Shown here: one piece after another, positions 9,745 through 19,934 of the stretch
How positions within the stretch are numbered: the stretch's first letter is position 1
Layout of the letters: each line of letters opens with the position of its first letter
From: Alphaproteobacteria bacterium
Lineage (GTDB): Bacteria > Pseudomonadota > Alphaproteobacteria > Bin95
Length of the DNA stretch: 64,000 nucleotides
Assembly (NCBI GenBank): GCA_963665325.3
Contig: CAXXWS020000002.1
Location: forward strand, 832,001-896,000
Direction: 5' to 3'
Program-made: the position numbers and the translations under genes
The notes under the pieces: model-generated
What the model was told of the DNA's origin: nothing
Databases searched by the model: none
Seen by the model: only the letters and a program-made list of their open reading frames with translations

Positions 9745-10752
9745 ATGGAACACGAGACCGATGCGGTGATCGTCGGAGCGGGACCGGTCGGTCTCTTCGC
9801 CGTGTTCGAGCTCGGCATGCTCCGCATACGCGCCCATGTGGTGGACTCGCTGGAAGCCATCGGCGGCCAGTGCACGGCGCTTTATCCTGAGAAGCCGATC
9901 TACGACATTCCCGGCTTCCCGAGGGTGGACGCCGGTGACCTGATTGAGCGCCTGGAGGAGCAGGCGGCGCCCTTTTCGCCCGTCTATCACCTGGACCAGC
10001 GGGTCGAGGCGCTGACGCCGCTGGAGGACGGCTGGCGGGTCGAAACCGCAAAGGGCACCGCAATTCGCTGCAAGGCGGTCATCGTCGCGGCCGGAGTAGG
10101 CGCGTTCGGCCCCAACCGGCCGCCGCTCGAGGGGCTGGCCGCCTATGAGGGCAGGAGCGTCTTCTATGCCGTCCGCCGGCGCGAGGACTTCCGGGACAAA
10201 CGGGTGGTGATCGGCGGCGGCGGCGACAGCGCGGTGGACTGGGCGCTCTCGCTCTCGGATGTCGCGGCCTCGGTTGCGGTGGTCCACCGGCGCCCCAAAT
10301 TCCGCGCCGCGCCGGAAAGCGTCGCGCGCATGAAGGCGCTGGAGGCGGAAGGCAAGTTGGAATGCGTGATCCCGTACCATCTGGACGGGCTGGAAGGCGC
10401 GGACGGCCGGCTCGAGGCGGTGCATGTGAAGACGCTGAAGGGCGAGATGCGCCGGCTCGAAGCCGATGTGTTGCTGCCCTTCTACGGCCTCGCCATGAAT
10501 CTGGGGCCCATCGCCGAATGGGGTCTCGGCCTGGACCGCAACCATATCGCCATCGACCCCTCGACCTCGATGACCGACCGCGACGGCATCTACGCCATCG
10601 GCGATATTGCCACCTACAAGGGCAAGCTGAAGCTGATCCTGACCGGTTTCGCCGAGGCGGCGGCGGCGGCCCATGACATCCATCCTCGCGTCTTCCCGGA
10701 CGAGGTGCTTCATTGGGAATACTCGACGACGAAGGGCATACCCGAGCCATGA
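9745..10752 (+). CDS. thioredoxin-reductase-like ferredoxin-NADP(H) reductase
   Basis: GAGPVG FAD motif, GGQCTALYPEKPIYDIPG, GGGDSAVDWA, C-terminal YSTT; no CxxC. Confidence 0.88.
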   Translation: MEHETDAVIVGAGPVGLFAVFELGMLRIRAHVVDSLEAIGGQCTALYPEKPIYDIPGFPRVDAGDLIERLEEQAAPFSPVYHLDQRVEALTPLEDGWRVETAKGTAIRCKAVIVAAGVGAFGPNRPPLEGLAAYEGRSVFYAVRRREDFRDKRVVIGGGGDSAVDWALSLSDVAASVAVVHRRPKFRAAPESVARMKALEAEGKLECVIPYHLDGLEGADGRLEAVHVKTLKGEMRRLEADVLLPFYGLAMNLGPIAEWGLGLDRNHIAIDPSTSMTDRDGIYAIGDIATYKGKLKLILTGFAEAAAAAHDIHPRVFPDEVLHWEYSTTKGIPEP

Positions 10753-11645
10753 CCCGTCCGCCCGTGCCGATAATCCCGACCTGCACGCTGCCGGGCGTGC
10801 TGACCATGCTCGGACCGACCGGCCCGGTGCGGCCGCTGCTGCTCGATTCGCCCCATAGCGGCACCGAATACCCGGCCGATTTCGATGCCGCGGTGGACCG
10901 CGACACTCTGCTCGACGCCGTGGACACGGCCGTGGACGACCTGTTCGGCGCGGGGCCGGAGCTGGGCGCGGCGCTGCTCAAGGCGCATTTCCCGCGCACC
11001 TATATCGACCCCAACCGCGCGGCAGACGATCTCGACGCCCGCATTCTCGACGGCTGCTGGCCCGGCCCGCTCTCGCCGACAGAGAAGACCCGGCGGGGCA
11101 ACGGGCTGATCCGGTGCACCATCGGTGACGACGACCGGGCGCTTTACGAGCGCCGGCTCGGCGTCGAGGAGGTGCAGGAGCGAATCCGCCGCTATCACGC
11201 GCCTTACCACCGCGCGCTCGGCGAGGCGCAGGACCGGCTGATGGAGCGGTTCGGCGCGGTCTATCACCTGAACTGCCATTCCATGGGCTCGCGCAGCCGC
11301 GAGGACATGACCCGGCGGCCGGACATCGTGCTCGGCGACCGCGACGGCACCACCTGCGAGGCGGAGTTCACGGTACTCGCCGCCGAGGTGCTGTGCGGCC
11401 TCGGCTACCAGGTGCGGACCAACCACATCTTCAAGGGCGTGGAGCTGGTCCGCGCCTTCTCCGCTCCGGGCGCCGGTCGCCACTGCCTCCAGATCGAGAT
11501 CAATAAGGACCTCTATATCGACGAAGCGACGCGGCGCCTCAGGCCGGATTTCGCGTCGGTGCAGGCCGATCTCGCGCAACTGATAGACCGGCTGGCCGCC
11601 TTCGCCGAAGAGCGCGCAGTCGAAGCGGGGAGGGACGTAGCATGA
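10749..11645 (+). CDS. N-formylglutamate amidohydrolase family protein
   Basis: DSPHSG, RTYIDPNRA, YHAPYH, NCHSM and QIEINK motifs. Confidence 0.88.
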   Translation: MTRPPVPIIPTCTLPGVLTMLGPTGPVRPLLLDSPHSGTEYPADFDAAVDRDTLLDAVDTAVDDLFGAGPELGAALLKAHFPRTYIDPNRAADDLDARILDGCWPGPLSPTEKTRRGNGLIRCTIGDDDRALYERRLGVEEVQERIRRYHAPYHRALGEAQDRLMERFGAVYHLNCHSMGSRSREDMTRRPDIVLGDRDGTTCEAEFTVLAAEVLCGLGYQVRTNHIFKGVELVRAFSAPGAGRHCLQIEINKDLYIDEATRRLRPDFASVQADLAQLIDRLAAFAEERAVEAGRDVA

Positions 11646-14068
11646 AGACCCATGCCGAGGTCGTCATTATCGGCGGCGGGGTAATCGGAGCGTCGGTGCT
11701 CTATCACCTGACGAAGCGCGGCTGGAAGGATGTCGTGCTGGTTGAGCGCGACGAGCTGACTTCCGGGTCGAGCTGGCACGCCGCGGGCGGCATGCACACC
11801 ATCAACGGCGACCCCAATGTCTCCATGCTGCAGAAATACACCATCGACCTCTACCCGGAGATCGAGGCGGCATCGGAGCAGTCTGTGGGCCTGCATATGT
11901 CGGGCGGCTACATGCTGGCCGGCACGCCGGAGCGCCTGGAATGGCTGAAGCTGGCGCATGCCCGCGGGCGCTATCTCGGCCTGGATACCGAACTGGTCTC
12001 CGCCGAGGAGGCCCATGCGCATATGCCGCTGCTCGATCCCCGGCAATTCGTCGGCGCGCTCTGGAATCCCAGCGACGGCCATGTCGACCCCTCCGGTGCG
12101 ACCCATGCCTACGCCGCGGCGGCGCGCAAGCAGGGGGCGGAAATCTACCGCTTCACGAAGGTCGAGGCGCTGGCGCCCCTGGCCGGCGGCGGCTGGCTGG
12201 TGACGACCGACAAGGGGGAAATCCGCGCAGAGCATGTCGTCAATGCGGGCGGGCTCTGGGCACGGGAGGTCGGCCGCATGGTCGGCCTCGAACTGCCGAT
12301 CCTGGCTATGGAGCACATGTATCTCGTCACCGACGACATGCCGGAGGTGGAGGCCTTCAACCGCGAGACGGGCCGCGAGATGCTGCATGTCGTGGACTTC
12401 GAGGGCGAGATCTATTTGCGCCAGGAAGGACGCGGCATGCTGATGGGCACCTATGAGGCGGCCTGCAAGCCGTGGTCGCCGGTGGATACGCCCTGGGATT
12501 TCGGCCACGAGCTGCTTCAGCCGGACCTCGACCGCATCGCGCCGTCGCTCGAAGTCGGTTTCCAGCATTTCCCGGCTTTCCAGGAAGCCGGCATCAAGCG
12601 GGTCATCAACGGGCCGTTCTGCTTTGCGCCGGACGGCAATCCGCTGGTCGGGCCGGTGCGCGGCCTGCCGGACTTCTGGTGCGCCTGCGCCGTGATGGCG
12701 GGCTTCAGCCAGGGCGGCGGCGTCGGCCTCGCGCTCGCCAACTGGATCGTCGATGGCGATCCCGGTTTCGATATCCACGCGATGGACGTGGCCCGGTTCG
12801 GCGCCTGGGCGACGCCCGCTTATACCGACGCCAAGGTCCGCGAGAACTATTCCCGCCGCTTCTCGATCCGCTTCCCGAACGAGGAACTGCCGGCGGCGCG
12901 GCCACTCCGCACGACGCCGGCGCATGACCGGCTGGCGGGCATGGGCGCGGTGTTCGGCGATGCCTGGGGGCTGGAGCAGCCGCTCTGGTTTGCCCCGCCC
13001 GGCGTGGAGGACCGGTTCTCCTTCCACCGCTCGACCGATTTCGAGCATGTCGGCGCGGAATGCCGGGCGGTACGCGAGGGCGTCGGCGTCGCGGAGACCA
13101 GCGGCTTCGCCGCATACGATGTGACCGGGCCGGGCGCGGAAGCCTGGCTCGACCGGATCCTGGCAAGCCGCCTGCCGCGCGAAGGGCGCATGGGCCTGGC
13201 GCCCATGCTGAACGAGGCCGGCAAGCTGATCGGCGACTTCACGCTCTCCAATCTCGGCGGCGGGCTCTGGCGGCTGGTCGGTTCGGGCCCGGCCGAGGAG
13301 TACCATATGCGCTGGTTCGACCGGTATCTGCCGGCGGACGGCTCGGTCGTGCTCGCGCCGCTCGGCGCCGCGCTTACCGGGCTTACGATAGCCGGGCCGA
13401 AAGCGCGCGACGTGCTGGCGGCCCTGGTGCGCGAGGATGTCTCGACTGAGGCGTTCCGCTTCATGGACGTGCGCCGGATGACGCTTGGCGCGGTGCCGGC
13501 CCTGGTCGGCCGGGTGAGCTATACGGGCGGGCTCGGCTACGAAATCTGGGTTACGCCGGATTACCACCGCCCCTTGCTGGACCTGCTGCTGGGGGCGGGA
13601 GAGGTGCACGGTATCCGGCCGTTCGGAAGCCGGGCGCTCAACGGGCTTCGCGTCGAGAAGCAATACGGCTCCTGGGCCAGGGACTACCGGCCCCTCTACG
13701 GCCCGATAGAGGCGCGGTTGGACCGCTTTGTGGCGTACGGCAAGACGGCGGACTTCATCGGCAAGACGGCGGCGATCCGGGAGCGGGACTCGGGCGGGGC
13801 CGTCCGGCTCTGCTTCTTTTCTGTGGACGCGGACGATGCCGACGCCATGGGCGACGAGCCGATCTGGCGCGGCGGCGAGGTCGTTGGCGCCATCACTTCC
13901 GGCGGCTACGCCCACTGGTCCGGCGTCTCCGTGGCCTGCGGTTATGTGCCGAAGGAGTTGGCGGTCGAAGACGACGGCTGGGAAATCGAGCTCCTCGGCG
14001 ACCGCCGCCCCGCCCGCCTGCAGCGGGTGCCGCTCTTCGACCCGAACGGAGCGGCGATGCGGGGATAG
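11642..14068 (+). CDS. dimethylglycine/sarcosine dehydrogenase-like FAD oxidoreductase with GcvT domain
   Basis: IIGGGVIG, ELTSGSSWHAAG, SYTGGLGYEI, LRVEK; 808 aa. Confidence 0.9.
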   Translation: MKTHAEVVIIGGGVIGASVLYHLTKRGWKDVVLVERDELTSGSSWHAAGGMHTINGDPNVSMLQKYTIDLYPEIEAASEQSVGLHMSGGYMLAGTPERLEWLKLAHARGRYLGLDTELVSAEEAHAHMPLLDPRQFVGALWNPSDGHVDPSGATHAYAAAARKQGAEIYRFTKVEALAPLAGGGWLVTTDKGEIRAEHVVNAGGLWAREVGRMVGLELPILAMEHMYLVTDDMPEVEAFNRETGREMLHVVDFEGEIYLRQEGRGMLMGTYEAACKPWSPVDTPWDFGHELLQPDLDRIAPSLEVGFQHFPAFQEAGIKRVINGPFCFAPDGNPLVGPVRGLPDFWCACAVMAGFSQGGGVGLALANWIVDGDPGFDIHAMDVARFGAWATPAYTDAKVRENYSRRFSIRFPNEELPAARPLRTTPAHDRLAGMGAVFGDAWGLEQPLWFAPPGVEDRFSFHRSTDFEHVGAECRAVREGVGVAETSGFAAYDVTGPGAEAWLDRILASRLPREGRMGLAPMLNEAGKLIGDFTLSNLGGGLWRLVGSGPAEEYHMRWFDRYLPADGSVVLAPLGAALTGLTIAGPKARDVLAALVREDVSTEAFRFMDVRRMTLGAVPALVGRVSYTGGLGYEIWVTPDYHRPLLDLLLGAGEVHGIRPFGSRALNGLRVEKQYGSWARDYRPLYGPIEARLDRFVAYGKTADFIGKTAAIRERDSGGAVRLCFFSVDADDADAMGDEPIWRGGEVVGAITSGGYAHWSGVSVACGYVPKELAVEDDGWEIELLGDRRPARLQRVPLFDPNGAAMRG

Positions 14069-14135
14069 TTTCGGGGGAAGCGCAGCTTTTCTGCCCCTCA
14101 TCTTGTGCGGGCCGAGGCCGCTGTATCGCGCCCCG

Positions 14136-14480
14136 TCAGGCGGCGCGCATCAGGTCCACTTCCATGCGGACGCCGTCATAGGGGAAGTTCATGCGCCCGC
14201 CCTCGCCCCGGTCGAGAAGGCCGGCACCGACGAGCGCGGCCATGTCGCGGTGCACGGCCTTCACGTCCCGGCCCACCCGCCGCGCGACTTCGCGCACGGG
14301 CAGGGGCCCCGCACCGGCCATCGCGCGCAGGATCGACAGGCGCTTCGGCGCGCATATCCGGTGGAGCAGGTCGATGGAGGCGAAGGCGATGCGCGGCGCC
14401 GTCCGCCGGCCCGCTAGAGCCGCGTCCATCCGCGCGACTTCGTCCCTCGGCGTTACCGTCAGGGTTACTGTCCGCGCCAT
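14136..14480 (-). CDS. winged-HTH protein (HVO_A0114-like, antitoxin-like)
   Basis: KRLSILRAMAGAGPLPVREVARRVGRDVKAVHRD...FPYD pattern. Confidence 0.7.
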   Translation of the reverse strand: MARTVTLTVTPRDEVARMDAALAGRRTAPRIAFASIDLLHRICAPKRLSILRAMAGAGPLPVREVARRVGRDVKAVHRDMAALVGAGLLDRGEGGRMNFPYDGVRMEVDLMRAA

Positions 14481-14492
14481 TCCGCTTACAGG

Positions 14493-15179
14493 CTAAACCA
14501 CCTTCACCTCAATCCGCCCCACACCCTCGACTTCGCCTTCGAGGCGGTCGCCGGTGGAGACGGCGGCGACGCCGGCGGGGGTGCCGGTCATGATGAGGTC
14601 GCCCGGCATGAGGGCGAAGAGTGCCGAAATGTGTGCGATCACCTCCGGCAGGCTCCAGATCATCTGCGAGATGTCCCCGTCCTGCCTGAGCTCGCCATTG
14701 ACATGCAGGCGCACCGCACCCGTCTCGGGATGGCCGATCTCGCTCGCCATAACCACGGGTGAGCAGGGCGCGGCGTGGTCGAACGCCTTGCCGATCTCCC
14801 AGGGCCGGCCGAGCTGCTTGGCGACGCCCTGGAGGTCGCGTCGCGTCATGTCGAGGCCGGCGGCATAGCCGAAGACATGGCCGAGCGCGTCCTCTTCGCG
14901 GATGTCCCGCCCGCCGGTGCCGATGGCGGCCACCAGCTCCATCTCGTGGTGCAGGTCAGCCGTGCCGGGCGGGTAGGGCATGTCGCCGCCGCCTGCGACG
15001 ATGGAAGTCGCGGGCTTCATGAAGAAGAAGGGCGGTTCGCGGTCCGGGTCGTGGCCCATCTCGCGGGTATGCTCGGCATAGTTGCGGCCGACGCAGAATA
15101 TCCGGCCGACTGGAAAGACCGCCTCCGATCCTTTGACCGCCAGGACCGTCATGGCCGGGGCCGGAACCGCATAAGTCAT
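14493..15179 (-). CDS. fumarylacetoacetate hydrolase family protein
   Basis: RIFCVGRNYAEH, HHEMEL, LDMTRRDLQ, GKAFD, TGTPAGV. Confidence 0.92.
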   Translation of the reverse strand: MTYAVPAPAMTVLAVKGSEAVFPVGRIFCVGRNYAEHTREMGHDPDREPPFFFMKPATSIVAGGGDMPYPPGTADLHHEMELVAAIGTGGRDIREEDALGHVFGYAAGLDMTRRDLQGVAKQLGRPWEIGKAFDHAAPCSPVVMASEIGHPETGAVRLHVNGELRQDGDISQMIWSLPEVIAHISALFALMPGDLIMTGTPAGVAAVSTGDRLEGEVEGVGRIEVKVV

Positions 15180-15333
15180 GATGCCGCTTCCTTCGCTTAC
15201 GGGACGCGCCGCATCTTGCCCGCCGCCAGCAGGCAGTCAAGCAAGTGCCCGCGCGTTTTTCATTGCCCAGCGTGTCACCGCGTGGAAACATTGGGCACCG
15301 GTCGACGGGACGGACCGGCAGTGGGGAGGGAGA

Positions 15334-17346
15334 ATGAGCACGAACGCGCGGTGCGTGGCCCTTGTGGGCCCTTATCTCAGCGGCAAGACCAGCCTGATGG
15401 AAGCCATGTTGCACGCCGCCGGGGCCGTGACGCGCAAGGGCACGGTCAAGGAAGGCAACACGGTCGGCGACGCCTCGCCCGAATCACGCGACCGGAACAT
15501 GAGCACGGAGATCCTGCCGGCGCGCTTCAACTATCTGGGCGACGACTGGACGGTGTTGGATTGCCCGGGTTCGGTCGAATTTCTGCAGGAGGCGATGCAC
15601 GGCGCCGTCGTCGCCGACATTGCGGTGGTGGTCTGCGAACCGGACCCGGCGCGCGCAATCATGCTGGCGCCCATCCTGCGCTTCCTCGACACGCGCAACA
15701 TCCCGCACGTCATCTTCATCAACAAGGTCGATACCGTGACGCAGGGTCTGGCGGAAACCATGGAGGCGTTGCAGGGGGTCTCCAGCAAGTCGCTGGTGGT
15801 GCGCCATATTCCCGTGGTCGAGGGCGAGGTCGTGTCGGGCTATGTCGATCTCATCAGCGAGCGCGCCTACAGCTACAGCGAAGGGGGGCCCTCGGAACTC
15901 ATCAGCGTGCCGGAAGCGCTGGGGGACGACAGCGAACTCGCACGCCAGGAGCTTATGGAGGAGCTTTCGAACTTCGACGACTCGCTGCTCGAGGCGCTTC
16001 TGGAAGAAGCCACCCCGGCGCGGGACGAGATCTATGCCTACTTCAAGGCCGCGCTGGCGGAAGGCCATGTCGTGCCGGTGATGCTGGGCGCCGCAGAGCG
16101 CGACCACGGCGTCCGCCGTCTCCTGAAGGCGCTCCGCCACGACACGCCGGATGTCTCGCGCGCCGCTGGCCGGTTCGGGGCCGGCGAGGACGCCGCGGTG
16201 CAGGTTTTCAAGACCTATCACGCGCAGCACCAGGGCAAGCAGAATCTCGGGCGCGTCCTGTCCGGCGCACTCCGCGAGGGCGACCACCTGGGCGGGGAAC
16301 GCATCGGCAATCTCTCCACAATGCATGGCGCCGCGCTGACGAAAGTGGCCTCTGCGGAGGCGGGCGACGTCGTCGCCATCGGCCGGCTGGACGCCTTCGA
16401 GACCGGGCAGATGCTGACCGCCGGCGGCGCGGAGAAGCCCGGCGCCTGGCCGGCGCGGCTCAGCCCGATCTACGCCATAGCGCTCCATGCCGAAAAGCGC
16501 AGCGACGAGGTGAAGCTGTCCGGCGCCCTGCAGCGGCTTGTCGAGGAGGACTCCTCCTACCGCATCGAGGCCAATCCGGAGACGCATCAATTGCTGCTCT
16601 GGGGCCAGGGCGACCAGCAATTGCAGGTCGGCGTCGCGCGGCTGCAAAGCAAATACCACATCGCCGTCGAGACCGAGCGCCCGCAGACCCCCTATTGCGA
16701 GACCATCCGCAAGGCGACGCAGCAGCATTCGCGTTTCAAGCGCCAGTCGGGCGGGCACGGGCAGTTCGGCGATGTGCTGGTCGATATCGCGCCGCTGCCG
16801 AGGGGCGAGGGTTTCGCCTTCGAGGAGAAGGTGGTCGGCGGCTCGGTGCCGCGCCAGTTCATCCCCGCGGTGGAAACCGGCGTTCGTGAGTTCCTGTCGC
16901 GCGGGCCGCTCGGCTTCCCGGTCGTGGACGTCGTGGTGACGCTGAAGGACGGCAAGCACCATCCCGTGGACAGCTCCGAGCAGGCCTTCAAGACCGCCGG
17001 GCGGCTGGCCATGAGCGAGGGGCTGCCGAATTGCAGCCCGATCCTGCTGGAGCCGATCCTGAAGGTGCAGGTGCATGTGCCTTCGGAATACACGGCGAAT
17101 ATCCAGCGGCTGCTGGCCGGCCGGCGCGGCCAGATACTCGGCTTCGACGCCCGCGAGGGCTGGGCCGGATGGGACCGGGTCGATGCCTTCCTGCCTCAGT
17201 CGGAAATGTCCGACATGATTATCGAACTGCGCTCGCTCACGCTGGGCGTCGGCACGTTCGACTGGGAATTCGACCATCTCCAGGAACTGTCCGGAAAGCT
17301 CGCCGACGATATCGTCGAGGCGCGCAAGCAAGCGGAGGCGCATTGA
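15334..17346 (+). CDS. elongation factor G paralog (EF-G II type)
   Basis: GPYLSGKTS, DCPGS, NKVD, domain IV KRQSGGHGQFG, DSSEQAF, ILLEPI. Confidence 0.9.
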   Translation: MSTNARCVALVGPYLSGKTSLMEAMLHAAGAVTRKGTVKEGNTVGDASPESRDRNMSTEILPARFNYLGDDWTVLDCPGSVEFLQEAMHGAVVADIAVVVCEPDPARAIMLAPILRFLDTRNIPHVIFINKVDTVTQGLAETMEALQGVSSKSLVVRHIPVVEGEVVSGYVDLISERAYSYSEGGPSELISVPEALGDDSELARQELMEELSNFDDSLLEALLEEATPARDEIYAYFKAALAEGHVVPVMLGAAERDHGVRRLLKALRHDTPDVSRAAGRFGAGEDAAVQVFKTYHAQHQGKQNLGRVLSGALREGDHLGGERIGNLSTMHGAALTKVASAEAGDVVAIGRLDAFETGQMLTAGGAEKPGAWPARLSPIYAIALHAEKRSDEVKLSGALQRLVEEDSSYRIEANPETHQLLLWGQGDQQLQVGVARLQSKYHIAVETERPQTPYCETIRKATQQHSRFKRQSGGHGQFGDVLVDIAPLPRGEGFAFEEKVVGGSVPRQFIPAVETGVREFLSRGPLGFPVVDVVVTLKDGKHHPVDSSEQAFKTAGRLAMSEGLPNCSPILLEPILKVQVHVPSEYTANIQRLLAGRRGQILGFDAREGWAGWDRVDAFLPQSEMSDMIIELRSLTLGVGTFDWEFDHLQELSGKLADDIVEARKQAEAH

Positions 17347-18134
17347 TGTCGAGAGCCGAAACAGCCGCAGCCTTCCTGCGCGAGGCGCGCCTCGCCGGGC
17401 GCCGCGAGCCGGCGATCCCCGAAGCCTGCGCGCCTCGGGACGAGGCGGAGGCCAAGGCCGTCTGGCAGGCGCTGCACGCCATGGAGGACCGCAGGATCGT
17501 CGGCTGGAAGATCGGCGCGACCGCAACGGCAGCGCAGCAGGCGATGGGGCTTTCCGGGCCTTTCGCCGGGCATATCTGCGAGGGCATGGTCGATGAGGGG
17601 GCCGAGATCGAATACCGGTTGGCCGACCTGCTGGGGCCGATCTACGAAAGCGAATACGGCTTCCGGCTGTCCGCCGACCTGCCGGCGCGCGAGCAGCCCT
17701 ACAGCCGGGAGGAGATCGAGGGCGCCATCGGATCGCTGATCGCAGGAATCGAGCTTCCGGAGCGCCGCCTTGCCGACGACCAGCCGCTCGGCCCGATCGG
17801 CACCATCGCCGACCATGGCGGCACCGGGCGCTACATCGTCGCGCACGAGTTCGAGGACTGGCGGGGTATCGACTGCGTGGACCAGGAGGTAAGCCTGACC
17901 TTCAACGGCGTGGAGGCCGGGCGCGGCACCGGCCGGGCGATGATGGGCCATCCGGTCGAGGCGGTGCGCTGGCTTGCCAACCACCTCTCCGGTCTGGGCC
18001 TCGGCATGACAGCAGGCCAATTCGTGACCACGGGGTCCTGCACGGGCGTGCTGCCGGTTCCGGGACCGGACACGCTGGCGGTCTCCGATTTCGGGCCTCT
18101 CGGGCTTGTCCGGGTGAACTTCGCGGGGTCGTAG
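17346..18134 (+). CDS. 2-keto-4-pentenoate hydratase-like (FAH superfamily) protein
   Basis: VGWKIGAT, ESEYGF, GHPVEAVRWLAN, VTTGSC. Confidence 0.85.
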   Translation: MSRAETAAAFLREARLAGRREPAIPEACAPRDEAEAKAVWQALHAMEDRRIVGWKIGATATAAQQAMGLSGPFAGHICEGMVDEGAEIEYRLADLLGPIYESEYGFRLSADLPAREQPYSREEIEGAIGSLIAGIELPERRLADDQPLGPIGTIADHGGTGRYIVAHEFEDWRGIDCVDQEVSLTFNGVEAGRGTGRAMMGHPVEAVRWLANHLSGLGLGMTAGQFVTTGSCTGVLPVPGPDTLAVSDFGPLGLVRVNFAGS

Positions 18135-18176
18135 CCGGCTGGATTTTCAGCCTGCCGCTGCTATGGTCGCGGCCCC

Positions 18177-18962
18177 ATGAGAATACCGCTTTACCAGGTG
18201 GACGCCTTTGCGGACCGGGCGTTCGCCGGCAATCCGGCCGCCGTCTGCCTGCTGGAGCAATGGCCCGAGGATTCGCTGCTGCAATCCATCGCGCTCGAGA
18301 ACAATCTTTCGGAGACGGCCTTCCTGGTGCCCGAGGGCCTGGTCTGGCGGTTGCGCTGGTTCACGCCCAGGGTCGAGGTCGATCTGTGCGGCCACGCAAC
18401 GCTTGCCTCCGCCCATGTCGTGTTCGAGAACATCCAGCAGCAGGCGCAGAAGGTCGAGTTTGAGACGCGCAGCGGTCGGCTGACCGTCTATCGCAACGGC
18501 CCCGTGCTGAGCATGGAATTCCCCGCGAACCCTCCGAAGGCGGCGCCGGAGCCGCAAGGCCTGGCGGAGGCGCTGGGAGCAGCTCCCGAAGCGGTCCTGA
18601 CGGCGCAATTCATATGGGTGGCGGTGTTCGGCGACGAGGCGGCGGTCCGTGCGCTCGATCCCGATTTCCGGCGGCTTGCCGCCCTGAACGGCGGGATTAC
18701 CGCAGCCACGGCGCCGGGCGATGAGGTCGATTTCGTATCGCGCTGCTTCGCGCCGGGCAAGGGGATCGACGAAGATCCGGTGACGGGCTCCGCGCATTGC
18801 GCGCTCGCGCCCTACTGGGCGAACCGCCTTGGCAAAACGGCATTGACGGCCCGGCAGGTGTCGGAGCGCGGCGGGCGGCTGGCCTGTACCCTGCAGGGAG
18901 ACCGTGTGCTCATTTCCGGACGCGCGGCGCCATATCTCAGCGGGACGATAGAGCTGCCATGA
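18177..18962 (+). CDS. PhzF family isomerase/epimerase
   Basis: QVDAF..GNPAAV, NLSETAF, EVDLCGHATLA, EDPVTGSAH. Confidence 0.93.
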   Translation: MRIPLYQVDAFADRAFAGNPAAVCLLEQWPEDSLLQSIALENNLSETAFLVPEGLVWRLRWFTPRVEVDLCGHATLASAHVVFENIQQQAQKVEFETRSGRLTVYRNGPVLSMEFPANPPKAAPEPQGLAEALGAAPEAVLTAQFIWVAVFGDEAAVRALDPDFRRLAALNGGITAATAPGDEVDFVSRCFAPGKGIDEDPVTGSAHCALAPYWANRLGKTALTARQVSERGGRLACTLQGDRVLISGRAAPYLSGTIELP

Positions 18963-19906
18963 CACTGCCCGGAAAGACGGAAATCGAGGCGGCGGCCGAA
19001 CTGGTTTACGGCGCCTTCCCGGCGACGCCGGAGCGGGTCTGGCCGCTGCTGGCCGAGCGCGCTGGCGCGGAGGTGTGGGTCAAGCACGAGAACCACACGC
19101 CCATCGGCGCCTTCAAGATTCGCGGCGGTCTGGCCTACATGGCCCAGTGCGAAGCCGACGGCATGGTGACCGCGACGCGCGGCAATCACGGGCAATCCGT
19201 CGCCTATGCCGCCCGGCAGGCCGGTAAGCGGGTTACGGTCGTGGTGCCGGAGGGCAACAGCCGGGAGAAGAATGCTGCCATGCGGGCCTTCGGGGCCGAC
19301 CTCGTGGTGCATGGCAGCGATTTCCAGGATGCCTTCGAGCATGCCCGCGCGCTTGCCGAAGGCGAGGGCCTGCATTTCCTGCCGTCCTTCCACCCGGCGC
19401 TTGTGGCCGGGGTGGCGACCTACAGCTACGAACTGCTGCGGGCCGCGCCGCATCTGGACACGATCTATGTCCCGATCGGTCTCGGCTCAGGCATTTGCGG
19501 AGCGATTGCCGCCCGCGAGGCGCTGGGGCTCAAGACGGAAATTGTCGGCGTCGTCGCCCGGAAGGCGCCCTGTTATGCGTTGAGCTTCGAGGCGGGCCGG
19601 GCGGTTTCCACCAACAGTGCCGACACGATGGCCGACGGCATGGCCTGCCGCACGCCCGACCAGTCTGCGCTTGCCATCGTCCTGGAGCACGCGGCGCGCG
19701 TCGTCACCGTGGACGACGGTGAGATCGAAGCGGCGATGCGCCACTATTTCACCGACACGCATAATGTGATCGAGGGCGCCGGCGCGGCGCCGCTGGCGGC
19801 GCTACTGAAGGAGCGCGACCTTATGGCCGGCAAGACGGTCGGCCTGGTGGCGAGCGGCGGCAATATCGATATCGAGGTCTATCGCCGGGTGCTGGCCGGC
19901 GGATGA
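18959..19906 (+). CDS. threonine/serine dehydratase family PLP enzyme (no ACT domain)
   Basis: KHENHTPIGAFKIRG, ATRGNHG, PIGLGSG, SGGNID. Confidence 0.9.
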   Translation: MTLPGKTEIEAAAELVYGAFPATPERVWPLLAERAGAEVWVKHENHTPIGAFKIRGGLAYMAQCEADGMVTATRGNHGQSVAYAARQAGKRVTVVVPEGNSREKNAAMRAFGADLVVHGSDFQDAFEHARALAEGEGLHFLPSFHPALVAGVATYSYELLRAAPHLDTIYVPIGLGSGICGAIAAREALGLKTEIVGVVARKAPCYALSFEAGRAVSTNSADTMADGMACRTPDQSALAIVLEHAARVVTVDDGEIEAAMRHYFTDTHNVIEGAGAAPLAALLKERDLMAGKTVGLVASGGNIDIEVYRRVLAGG

Positions 19907-19934
19907 GCCGGGGCGCGGGGGAGGACAGGAAACC

